Source: Paragordius varius (Eukaryota > Animalia > Nematomorpha). From it: DNA of 64,000 nucleotides. Every line of letters starts with the position of its first letter. Positions within the stretch are counted from its first letter, which is position 1. The position numbers and the translations under genes were made by a program. The DNA is taken from assembly GCA_964247055.1 (NCBI GenBank), contig OZ176056.1:3534001-3598000 (forward strand), written 5' to 3'. The notes below the pieces were generated by a model, which worked only from the letters and a program-made list of their open reading frames with translations, made no database searches and was not told the DNA's origin. This document shows positions 1-11,200 of the stretch, piece after piece.

Positions 1-704
1 TCATTATTATCCCGGACATCATTATTCTTATAGTTTTTATAATTATTATTGTTATAATGGCTCTTGTTAAAACTTCCATGAGGTTTTACATTTCTGGATT
101 TATCCACTTTAAGCTTATTGATTTGCGAGGGAAGATTATCGGCTTCCTCAAAACTTAAAGCCATATCGACCAACATTTGTAGTGTCAGTGGTTTGTCATC
201 TAACTTACCGAGCGGATATTTTATGTGGAGTTCTCTTTCTAATCTGGGTTGATTTAATCCAATCAAAAATATATCCCTGATTTTGTTAGAAATGTCCGAA
301 TCAAATCCAGAATTGTCGGCCAAAATTTTCAAACGTTCTAAATACGAAAGAATAGATTCATTATCACCACGACGAATACGATAAAATGCACATCTATTCA
401 CCCATAGACTTTTGTCTGGGGCATAGATTTGAACTGCAATTTTATAGATTTCCGGCCATTCCAAATCTTCGATGGTATCAGGATATAGAATATTTTCAAT
501 TTTGTTCAAAATTTTAATACCACCGAAAGCTAAAAATAATTTTTTTATATTGGAATCCGTGACAGGAATATCCCTGGCCGCAAGTACCCTTTCTATGTGC
601 CTGACATAATTTTTGAAATTGTAACATTCCTCAAATGGTTCAAGAATTATTCGATTTAGAGGATTTTGTGCATTACTAAATGATGTATCTCCGGGATTTT
701 CCAT
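1..704 (-). CDS. Gag-like ORF of a Ty3/Gypsy LTR retrotransposon (K02A2.6/Mag-like), runs off the left edge
   Basis: ATG at 704 opens 234 stop-free codons to the window edge: MENPGDTSFSNAQNPLNRIILEPFEECYNF...FYRIRRGDNESILSYLERLKILADNSGFDSDISNKIRDIFLIGLNQPRLERELH. This matches the remembered gypsy gag capsid pattern (RxQxxxESxxxYxxRLxxLAxxCxF...IRDxFxxGL). Absent from the ORF track because no stop lies in the window. Confidence 0.85.
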   Translation of the reverse strand, partial: MENPGDTSFSNAQNPLNRIILEPFEECYNFKNYVRHIERVLAARDIPVTDSNIKKLFLAFGGIKILNKIENILYPDTIEDLEWPEIYKIAVQIYAPDKSLWVNRCAFYRIRRGDNESILSYLERLKILADNSGFDSDISNKIRDIFLIGLNQPRLERELHIKYPLGKLDDKPLTLQMLVDMALSFEEADNLPSQINKLKVDKSRNVKPHGSFNKSHYNNNNYKNYKNNDVRDNN

Positions 705-724
705 TAGGCAGAATAAATTTTTTT

Positions 725-734
725 CTCGTCGCCA
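725..734 (-). promoter_or_regulatory. Primer-binding-site-like motif TGGCGACGAG of the LTR element
   Basis: Plus-strand CTCGTCGCCA reads TGGCGACGAG on the minus strand, 20 nt upstream of the gag ATG; it begins with TGG, complementary to a tRNA CCA end. Confidence 0.65.
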
Positions 735-987
735 AATAATATCAGTTGGGTATAATTTATTATAACACAATAATGGGAAAACACAGTAATGCAATGGACT
801 TAAAGAAGTTGTTGTTTATATAGGTTATATTTAATTCCGAGAAATGTATACGGATCTTATTATATATTTTTATCGTGCATTAACATATACAAATTTCTGA
901 GAATGATGAGTGTGCATTTATAAAACAGTCACGTAGTCTAAAACTTGTCACGTAGTATATAACATGTCACGTTAAATATTAATAACA
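735..987 (-). mobile_element. Putative 5' LTR of the gypsy element
   Basis: Minus strand starts TGTTATT at 987, contains three ACGTGAC repeats and an AATAAA near its end, and abuts the PBS. The canonical CA 3' end is not clear and the second LTR is outside the window. Confidence 0.45.
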
Positions 988-1689
988 GAAAAGTATTATA
1001 AGTATGCATTGAATAGCAAAGTAATATATAAAATAGAGTTATGTTTTGTTGCATATTATATAACATCATATCAGTTATATAAAGGGTTCAGATAGTTTTA
1101 GTAAAAATTATAGCCTATTCTTTATCAAGCCACTGCCTAGAATCCACGCCCTGTACATGTTCCATCATTTTTAAAAAAACGTGGAAAAAGCGATTTCTCG
1201 ATGTATTTGCACTACATAAAGGCAGTTATGGTTTTGTCCATGTTATTTAGGCTATTTCTAATACAAAAGCAATATTTTAACAAGCGCTTTTTTAAATTAG
1301 CTTACAGTTAAATTTAAAAATACTCCATTATTGTATAATAACGTGCCGAATTCCGCCCAAGTAAGAAAATTATAGGTTTTTAGATTTTCCATGAATAATG
1401 GTAGTAGTGTCGTGAAGAGGGCTTTTCCTTTTTAAATACGTCAATGTATAAAATTAATTTTGTTTAAAAGCATTTATAAAAATTTATGACACCATATCTA
1501 GACAATACTTTTTAAAAGCAAAGATTTGTTTACATAAATTAATATATTATTTTTCGCTCACTGAGTGAAATTAATATTGTTGCGCTATTTAAATTTAATC
1601 AGTTTTCTAATAATAAAATTATCTTTCCTAAAAACGTGTAAACAAAACTGACTACCTTAAAAATTATTGTGTGTTCATTCTAACCTGAT

Positions 1690-2725
1690 AAAATATATAT
1701 ATATTGATAGGACAACGTATCAGGATTACCATAATGCTTTTGGTTTTGGCCCTTGAATAATATAAGAAAGTTATTCACAGTTTGTCGTAAGTGCTCCATA
1801 TCAGAAAATGGCAAATTTGAGCATGTTTTTTAAATAAAATTTTGGCGAAAGCTAAATGCTTCATTCTTAATAATATCACTAAAAAATATCATAAACTACA
1901 ATATAAAACAAAACTATATTTTTAAAAAAATTTAATTGTTAGATATGGGCTTCGAAAGTCCCAAATTTTTTTCCCTTCCAAAATTGGCTAATTCATTTAT
2001 AATAAACTCAAAGATGCCGGGATTTCATTATAAATAATGCTAAATTTTTACTTCAAAATATTTTTTAAAAATGCATCTTTTACAAAAATTTAATTTTCAA
2101 AAAATTTTGTTAAGCTTACTCGCTTCGAGGGCGGATGGAACGGCATAAAATCCTTTTATACATATTAAAAATAAAAACACTTGTTCTATATAATATAATG
2201 ATGCTAAACATTTCTATCACTCCAGAATTTAAATAAGTTGGTTTACTTTAATATTGCGTTTTTAAACGTTTCCATCATGCCTCAAAATATTATGAGGACG
2301 CTTCAACAAAATCTTGCTAAAAATTAAATTTTTTTAGTTGATATCAAAATTTAGCATTTATTTAAAATTTTATCAATCCCAACATTTTTGCGTTGTTTTG
2401 AGAGAACCAGCCTTTAAAGGAGCGAAAAAAATTGAGATTTCAGAATACTACATCTAAAAAATGAATCTTAAACATTGTTTTGCATTTTATAGGTGGTATA
2501 TGATACAGTTTGGGATTTTTAAAAATGTAGCATTTAACCTTCGCCATAAAAAATTTTTAAAAAAATGTGGACGAATTTTGACATTTTCTGATTGGAGGAT
2601 TTACGACATAACTGCATACTTTCTTATATAACTCGTAAAGGCTATATTAAAATCACTAGGATATTCCTGGTGCATTTTCCAATCTGAATATATTTTCATC
2701 AAGTATTTTTTTGTGGAAACTCTGT
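1690..2725. mobile_element. Foldback/MITE-type element with long imperfect inverted arms (family FB-A)
   Basis: Left arm (...gtaagtgctccatatcagaaaatggcaaattt...ggcgaaagctaaatgct, ~1740-1860) is the degenerate reverse complement of ~2530-2660. Related arms occur at 7190-8780, 31460-32170, 45130-45620 and 49130-49250. Confidence 0.7.
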
Positions 2726-3489
2726 ACGTTGATTATAAAATTACAAAATTACCATAAGACCTCAAATACACCTTTGAACATTTCAAACTTACCTTGGATT
2801 TCAAATTGACTTTTTAACATTTCAGTTCAACCCAAATAAAAATTAGTATTTGGGGAAAACCTATATCTTTTGATATTTTAAAAAAATTTAAAATTAACTT
2901 AAAACCATAAGGAAACATCATATCAATAGAGTTAGATTATATCATTTTCCATGTGATTTGATATGTTATATTATATAACAAATTTCAAACTTGTAAAATT
3001 TAACAAAATATTCTGTGGTATTTTAGTAGAATTCGGTACAAAAATGGCCTAATAGATGAGGAAGCTATAAGAATTAAATTAATATCGTGGCCTCTTTTAA
3101 CTTTATAATTTGGAGACAAGTTGTGTTATTGTGATATTGTTACATTTCTACTAAGACAAGATAAACATTAAAATATAGTTTCGAGCAGTTTTAGATTAAT
3201 AAGGTTTTTAAGATTTTGAAGCGTTTCATCTAAGGCAAACAGTTTTCGACATTAAAAATTGTGATAATATAAAATGCGAATTACCTTATAAAATAATAAC
3301 TTTTGCGCCAATAAATTAGGTGTAAATGTTGTCTATAATAAACCTCCTTTATATAACCTGGATTTAAAATACAAAAATATTGTTGAATCTTAATAGGATT
3401 AAAATATCAGAATAGTTATAAGTCTTGACCGGTTTTTTGGTAAAACATACTTTTGAAAGAAAAATAGTTAATATATTATACTTGGGGTT

Positions 3490-4300
3490 TTATTTCGCTC
3501 AACTCTCGGTAATTAAATGCCGTGTCAGAAAAACTGATTGACTCTTGCGGAAAACCATTCGTCAAGCCGTTTTCTAAAGTCTACGAAATTATTAAAGTAC
3601 TGCTCTGCGAGGGTTTGCCCTATCGATGCAAAATTTATTAGTCAGATGGCGTCAAGTTAGGAGATTTTAGCGGATGCGAAAGAATTTTCCATAAAAATGA
3701 TATCTAGGTGCCTTTAATTAATTTCGAGCCAGGTGGAGTGTCATGTAACATAATCACTTTGCCATGCCTTTTCGATTAATTATGGTTTTTGTTGACGGGT
3801 GGTGAATTAACGTTTTTACCAGGTGAAAGACACAATATTTTGAGCCCATTTGCCAATTCTTGATCTTTTTCATTGCTCTAAATATCATTATAATTTTTCA
3901 TGCAATGTTCTGCCAATTTTTTCTGAGTTTGAGATGCTTCTTCAACCAATGACCTCTAAATCTTCGCAATCATGGAGCTATCAGAGTGTCATTCTTACAG
4001 AAATTACAACTTTTTACGTTTTAAAACCATGTTTCACATGTTCTGTACACCATATGCTTCTGACAAACGATAACTTTGAACACTCTTTTTATCCTAATAG
4101 CAATGCATGTCGCAAATATTCTTTTTCAGGCACAAAATTCGACATCATTACGGAATGAGAAGTGAACGATAGTTTTGGCGAACTCAAATGTGTGTTTGTC
4201 GTATATGCCCATGAACAAAATGGCGACTTTATCAATTTTTCGCCTGTGTACTTTTCGCTGACCTGTTTTCTTAGTTATATCGGTAACTTATCACTAAGCG
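3490..4300 (-). mobile_element. Decayed Mos1-like mariner transposon (transposase pseudogene)
   Basis: Minus-strand ATG at 4145 gives MSNFVPEKEYLRHALL (Mos1: MSSFVPNKEQ..). Later fragments KRHGKVIMLHD, HPLKSPNLTPSD and RKRLDEWFS match the DD34D catalytic motifs. Many stops, frameshifts and deletions. Confidence 0.85.
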
Positions 4301-5259
4301 TTTTTGGTTTTACGAATTAAGATCAAATGCATATATTGAATTTTTATGAAAGAGGATTATTTGCGCTTTGAATAAAGACTATTTTAAAATATTCTTGGTC
4401 CAGAGTTTATCAGATTCTAATAATATAATGTTTTGATCATAAATGTAATTATTAACAATAATCTAAATATTCAATGTGAAAATTTTTGGAATTAGTTAAA
4501 GAGTTTATAAATGTCGCCTTTAATTATAAGCTGTCAGCCGACGATATATTTAGAGCAAAGTACTTTGCATCTAAATTTTAAAAACAAATCACACGACCTG
4601 TTGGACATGGTAAATATTTTAAATGAGTTGTAAATTAAGGTTTTATAAATCTTATATGGTAGCCACCTAATTTTTATATGTCTCTTTTTGGCTTGTTTTG
4701 AAAATTGGCTAGACTTGGACAGATAACAGTAAAAACTAATATCGGCCATATACCTTAGAAAAGTTATATATATAAGAGTTCAGTAAGATGTTGTTGACTC
4801 GATTTAACATTGTCATCGTGTATAACAAAAACAATCAAAGTTTTGAGTTTATAAATTATTATTAAAAAATAGTAAACATAATTTACATAATTTTTTATGT
4901 ATATAGTATAAAGTTTATAATTATTTATCTCATCTTGAATTATCAAAATGCAGATTGTGTGGAAAAATATAATATCATGAAAGTTTGTTGCTTTTGTGTG
5001 CATCATGATTTTTTATATACAAAATCACATTTTTCTATCGTCGTTTTAGATTTTGTGCAACTCTTTAAATTTACATAATAAATTTTTTTTGGATGATACT
5101 TGCAAAAAAATAAAACGTTTGTTCGAGATAAAGCTATATATATTTGGTTTTTACTTATAAAAACCGATTAAAACCAGTTTTGTTTTTCTTTTGGTATTTT
5201 TATAATATAATTCCGCATATATAATATTCAATAATTGGTTCTACAAACTGAAAAACAAA

Positions 5260-8200
5260 ATGAAGTCAAATCTCGACAACCCCATCGATACAAATTTGAA
5301 TGAGGTAAATATAATTTCCGTTATATTTTAGCAAAAATACATATAACACAGTAGAAATTAAAGTTTTACAGACAAAACTAAAAAACAAATGTTTTTTTAA
5401 CTAAACAATTATATTTTTTAAATCTTAATTTCGCCTATTCAAACCATTTAATTAGAATTGTAAAATAATTTGTTACCAATCCATACCTCTAATTGATAAT
5501 ATGCCTAAACCGACGTTAAAAATCTATAGCTGTCATTTGAAAAAAATGTCTGTTTTTACATTTTGTCCGGAAAATTTCAATTTCTTTAAAATATCTATGT
5601 ATGAACAGAATGGTTATAAAATCAACATGCTTTTTTCCGTCAACGAAAGTGTTGGGAGCCTGGCACGCATACTTAAAATATTTGAGGTATATTCATATAA
5701 TTATTATTTTAAATTATATTTTGATTGCACTTGATATATTGAAATTATGTAAGGGTTTTTGACCATCGTTGATAAAAAAAAGTCCCCAATAAAGTTTTTT
5801 TCATGATTCATAAGCAGATTTTTGAGTTTTTGGCTCTTTCACATTATTGTTGGTCAAGTTGTAATACAATAGACAGGAATCGTCGTTAAACTTGTATAGC
5901 AAGATTAACAAATGATTATCACGAAAAAACAAAAGAATATCCAAAAAATAATTACATGGTTAAAAAATATCTAATATTACACTATATACTACCCCTGAAG
6001 AATCCTTTCTGTTGTATCAATTTACAAATTTAATATATTTTTTAACCATGTATTAATCATCTTTTTCAGTTAAATATTCATTAATTTTAACGTGATATTC
6101 ATTAATGTTACTTAATATGATCTTATCAAGTGTTTCAAAATTCTTTTAAAAAAATATTAGTTAAGATAGTTAAAATATATATCTGAAAAATATTAAACTA
6201 TTTAATTTACGGTAGATATCAGTTTTGTATTGTACATAAAAAGTTGTAAAAGTAGTTGTGTTGAAAACAATAGTTTTATAGCCACCTTTTTTTGTTTTAT
6301 CATACGCAACTGTAATTTATATTATTTTTTTATATTATTGTGTAAAATTGAATTTATTTTTTAATATCAAAAAAGGGACCTTACGTCCAGTGTAAAATTC
6401 CTAACTTGAGCCCGTGTTAAAACTTTTTTGATATATTAAATTTCGCTAGTTCTTTATAGCATTATATAACGCTTTTACTACCATTCAAATTGCAAATAAA
6501 AAATATATTTTTGGTATTAACTATTTCTGTATTCTGTTAGAAACACAATATAACGCTGAGTCACTTGGAATCACGCCCAAACAAACAGAATCGAAATTTG
6601 TATGATTTCTTGGTAGAATTTACGACTAAAACACATCCCAACATTATGCAACATAAGGATTTGCCAGAACAAACTCCAAACAATCTTAATTATAGCAGCG
6701 ATGAAACTTTTAAGGAAAGTTTTAGATCCTCATATAATAAATCACCATCTACACCAACACAAAGCGAAGAAGAAAATATTAAAGGACTAATCTTTGACTT
6801 AAAAAGGAAAACGGCCAATCTGAAAATACTTTCGTGTCAGCATGAGGAAGGAAAAAATGAAATAACTAACGGAGACTTCGGCACTAAAATTGATAATAAT
6901 CTTGTAAATGGAATAACAAATGATAAAACTTTTCAAAAAATAATGGATGTAAATTATCTAAATAGTTTGGCTGAAAAGGGGGACTTAACTACCGGAAATA
7001 CTGCAGCAAAGAAGGACTCCACAAGTTCTGCCATAAACAGTGAATTAGGTATTATTTATTTAAACTATTATTTTCACTTGACTGAATTTTAATGGTAACA
7101 TATGTTGATTTGACATTTACATTGCGTCAAAAATCGGGGTGTATAAAATAATAACTTTATATATTCCGATGACAAAATGTTTCAAAAATTATTATGGTGC
7201 TTTGGTTTTGGCCTTAACGAGTGATAAAAAAAATTATTTTCACTTTTGTGGTAAATGCTCCATATCCGAAACAGAGGCGTAGCTTGCATTTCTGGCGCTC
7301 GGTTCATGAATCCGTATTGGTGCCCCATCCCCTTCCATGCGATCCCTTGCTTTTTTTAAAAAATATCAATTTAAACCGTGGTTATGACCAGTCATAAATG
7401 GGTGATTTTTTAACTTATTATATATAATGATCTTTCATATTTTTTTGAAATAAAATTTTTATAAAATCGGGCGCCTCTTTGATGTTGGTGTCCGGTGAAT
7501 CAGCCCCCTTTCTCGAGCTATGCCAAATGCGAGAAATTTGACATTTTTTTAAATAAATTTTTTGGCGTAAGCTAAATGCTTCATTCCAAAAATATCACTA
7601 AGGTATATCTCACTCTTCATATAAAGTCAATATATTTTAAAAAATATAATTATTGCATGTGGGTTTCTATAGTCGCTCTTCTAAAATAGGCTAGTTTTAT
7701 TAAAAGCGCAAAACTGCTGATTGCGAGTTAAAAATCTTAAATATATTCTACATCATATCAACTAAAAATATTTTTAAACAAATGCATACTTTTTCAAAAA
7801 TTAAATTTTTAGCAAATTTTTGTTGAAACATAGCTATATTTGAAGCATGATGAATACGTACATGATGATGAACATTTCTATTGCTTTAGAATTTTAATTA
7901 ACCGTTCGTTTACTTTCAAATTTTTAAATTTTTATAAAAAACACAGTTTATATATAACGTTTACAATTCAAATTCACCCTCGAGCAATTCAAATTCACCC
8001 TTGAACAATTCAAATTCCTCCTAATAAAATTTATATGTTTTTGAATTAATATAACTTATTAATATATATCTTTATGACATAGTATTATTGAGTATTGTTT
8101 TAATTTACAAAATTTTATTTTTTAAAATTATATAAAAATTAGGGAAATTAATCTTAAAAAAATATAATTTATTTAAGGATGAATTTGAATTGTTCGAGAG

Positions 8201-11200
8201 TGTTGAATTTTAGGTTGAATTTACATTGTTTAAGGGTGAATTATTGTAACTGATATAACATAAAAGACGAACAATTATTTAATCGAAATTCTAAAATAAT
8301 TAATTTTTAGTATCATCCAATTATATAGAGAATGTGTTTTTATATTATAAGTTACGTTTTTATACCGTTTTTATGCCTCAAAATAGTATAAAGTACGCTT
8401 CAACAAAATTTTGCGATAAATTAATTTTTGAAAAAATATTTTTAGTTGATTTGCGCAATCCCGCCTAGCACTTTTTAGAAGAGCGAAAAAATTTGGAACT
8501 TTCAGAACCCACATCTAAAAATAATTTTTAAAAAATTGTTTACATTTTTACAGGTAGTTTATGGTATAAGTGATTTTTTTGGAATGGAGCATTTATCTTT
8601 CACCAAAAAAATAATTTATTTAAAAAGGCGCGATGTTGCCATGTTCTCATATGGTGTAGATACCACAAAAGTGTAAATAACTTTCTTATATCACTCGTAA
8701 GGGCTAAAACCTAAAGCACTATAACAATCCTAATACATTCTCTCAAAATATATATTTTAGAATATTTTTTGTGGACAATGTGTTAACAAAATTGTAATTC
8801 AACGGTTTTTGTATCTTATTTTATATGGAGTTAGAATATTAACTTTTTAACTAATGTGAATATATCTGTCCATTTTGTTTAATTTTAATTCTAAATATTA
8901 TTTATAATGTATCGTATAATTGTGATAAAAATACTTGAAAAATATTTTACAATTTAAGTGTAAAAAATATTTGTATAGGTATTCCTTGGTTTCCGTTAAA
9001 AATTCGGGATTTGGACAAAATCGCAAATAAAGTTTTGTCTTATGGCTCAGAGCTTGATTCCGATCATCCTGTATGCTATTTATGTTTAAAGTTTTATCAA
9101 ACTGTTAATATTCGGTTAAAATAATGTAGCATATAATAAAGCATGTTTGCATGATTTTCCATATTTTTTATTGTGCATATTCTGATAGGGTTTCAAAGAT
9201 CAAGCTTACAGAAATCGTCGAAAAGAAATTGCGCAAATAGCTATGAATTATAAACAGTAATTAAAATTAAATTTTGTTTGCATTGATATTAAAAATCTAA
9301 AATATACAGACAAAACGAAAAAAACTAAAAGACAAGTATTTTTTTTAAAAAAAGATAATCTAACCTCTGCAAATGATGATTTTTTCCAAATATAATTGTT
9401 TAACTGATTAACAATTTAAATCCCCATTCCCTATACTCAAATTGATAAAAAAATTACAGTAAAAATTAAAATTATACGGACAAAACGCAAAAATATCAAG
9501 ACAAATATTCGTTTCTAAAATACCATAGTTTTTAAACCTAAATTAATTTAGTAAAATATAACAAGCCTAAAATATATAATTGATTACACTAGACAACAAA
9601 TTTTAACTTTTTTTAACTGCCATTCTTGTAAATTTAAAATTTATTTCATTAAAGTACATAATTAGTATATCTGAAAAGAAAATTGGTCTAGCATGGAAGA
9701 ATTTTTTTATATTAGAGTTTATCGATAATTTTTGGCCCCGATTTAATATTAAACTCGAAATTTCGAAAATTAAAAGTTTTAGATATGAAGCCATGTATTT
9801 TATATCATTCGAAAGAGCGCAAAAAACTGCATCTTTTAAATGGTAGTAAGTCATTTAAATCAATCGGATGTAAAAGTTATTTGGATTTAAATGGTCGAAA
9901 TTTTCAATCCTTTAATAAGTCAAGAATTTGCACAGACAAACTAATTTGAAAATCATATAAATTATTTTAATATAATTATTAGGGTTATATTAGTATTTAA
10001 TTTAAAAAAAATGTTTGAAAAAGCTTTTGACTTGCTTTTTAATAAAAATTATTATTATCATAAATATTTTACCTAGTGGATACTAAAATGCATAGTTATA
10101 ACTGGAAATTTATTCCATAATGGCTATAAAAGATCAAAAATACCTTATTATCTTTAAAATTTCGAAATTATCAGCATTATAAAGAAAATAAATTAATATT
10201 GATGAGATGGTAGTTTTTAAAAAACAAAAAACCTAAAAATGGCTGTTTTGAGTGACATAAAAGCAATAAAAAAATGTTTTAATCAAAAAAACTTTTTTGT
10301 GTTATCTTTTTTGGACATTCATCACCATCTAAACAAAGTTTGAGCTATTTTCATCCATTAGTTTTAAAAATATAATAATTAAATAAAATGCTCTCGCTTC
10401 GCGCGTTTGTCGCTCTTTGTGTCCAATATTAAGTGTCGATGTAATACATATTAGTATGCATTTTATAGAGTTTTTATTACTCTTTCGAATGATATATTAC
10501 AAATGGGCATTACTTGTATATTTTGAAAGAAAAATATATTTTAGTAAAATTTTGATAAAGAGGGCGCATAATCAAAAAAATCAAATTATACAAATTTCTT
10601 CCAACGAGTTATAATTTTTTTTTCAGATTTTCTGTTAAAATGATACAAAAATATCAGAAAATTCAAAAAACTCGAATGGCAGAAAAATTTGTTGTCCAGT
10701 GTTATTATACCAATATACATCTCTATTTTTATACTTTGGAATTTAAAACAATGAGTTGAATTCAAATTAATCAAGATGTTAAAAGTATGGTTGTCTTTTA
10801 GAAAAAAAATATTTGTCTTTATATTTTTACGTTTTGTCCTTATAATTTCAATTTTAACTATAATCTTTTTTTTAGTATCTATGTTTTGTCGGTATAATTT
10901 ATTTTAATTGTAGTTCTCAAAAATTATAAACATTTTATTTATTATTTAGTGGTGAACCAATTCCACGCGTCGAATATACAGAGGAAGAAATAGAAACTTG
11001 GTAAAATTTCAGTTCATATTTCAATTTGTTTAATTTTAAAAGTAATCTTTTTATAATAAAAATATGTACGTTAAAAATATTTTATGCGTAATTTTATATT
11101 AGGACCACAATATTTAAAAATTTAACAAAGCTGTATCCAACTCATGCTTGCCGCGAATATAACTACATGTTACCACTCCTGATAGATAACTGCGGATATC

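Larger units (their letters stand above)
7150..8785. mobile_element. FB-A foldback element in PAH intron 3 carrying two nested insertions
   Basis: Arms match those of 1690-2725. The left arm is interrupted at 7272-7529 and the interior carries a 21-bp-repeat MITE at ~7950-8260. Confidence 0.7.

Noticed and set aside
3850-4158. ORF 3850..4158, and ORFs 16224..16604, 16430..16645, 16770..16955, 39533..39796, 39642..39848
   Set aside because: Antisense or off-frame readings of decayed mariner transposases.
5501-5596. 5' part of ORF 5501..5734 as the PAH N-terminus
   Set aside because: Overlaps a MITE arm; an AG at 5607-5608 and a clean upstream exon (5260-5304) explain the gene better. ATG 5597 remains a fallback start.
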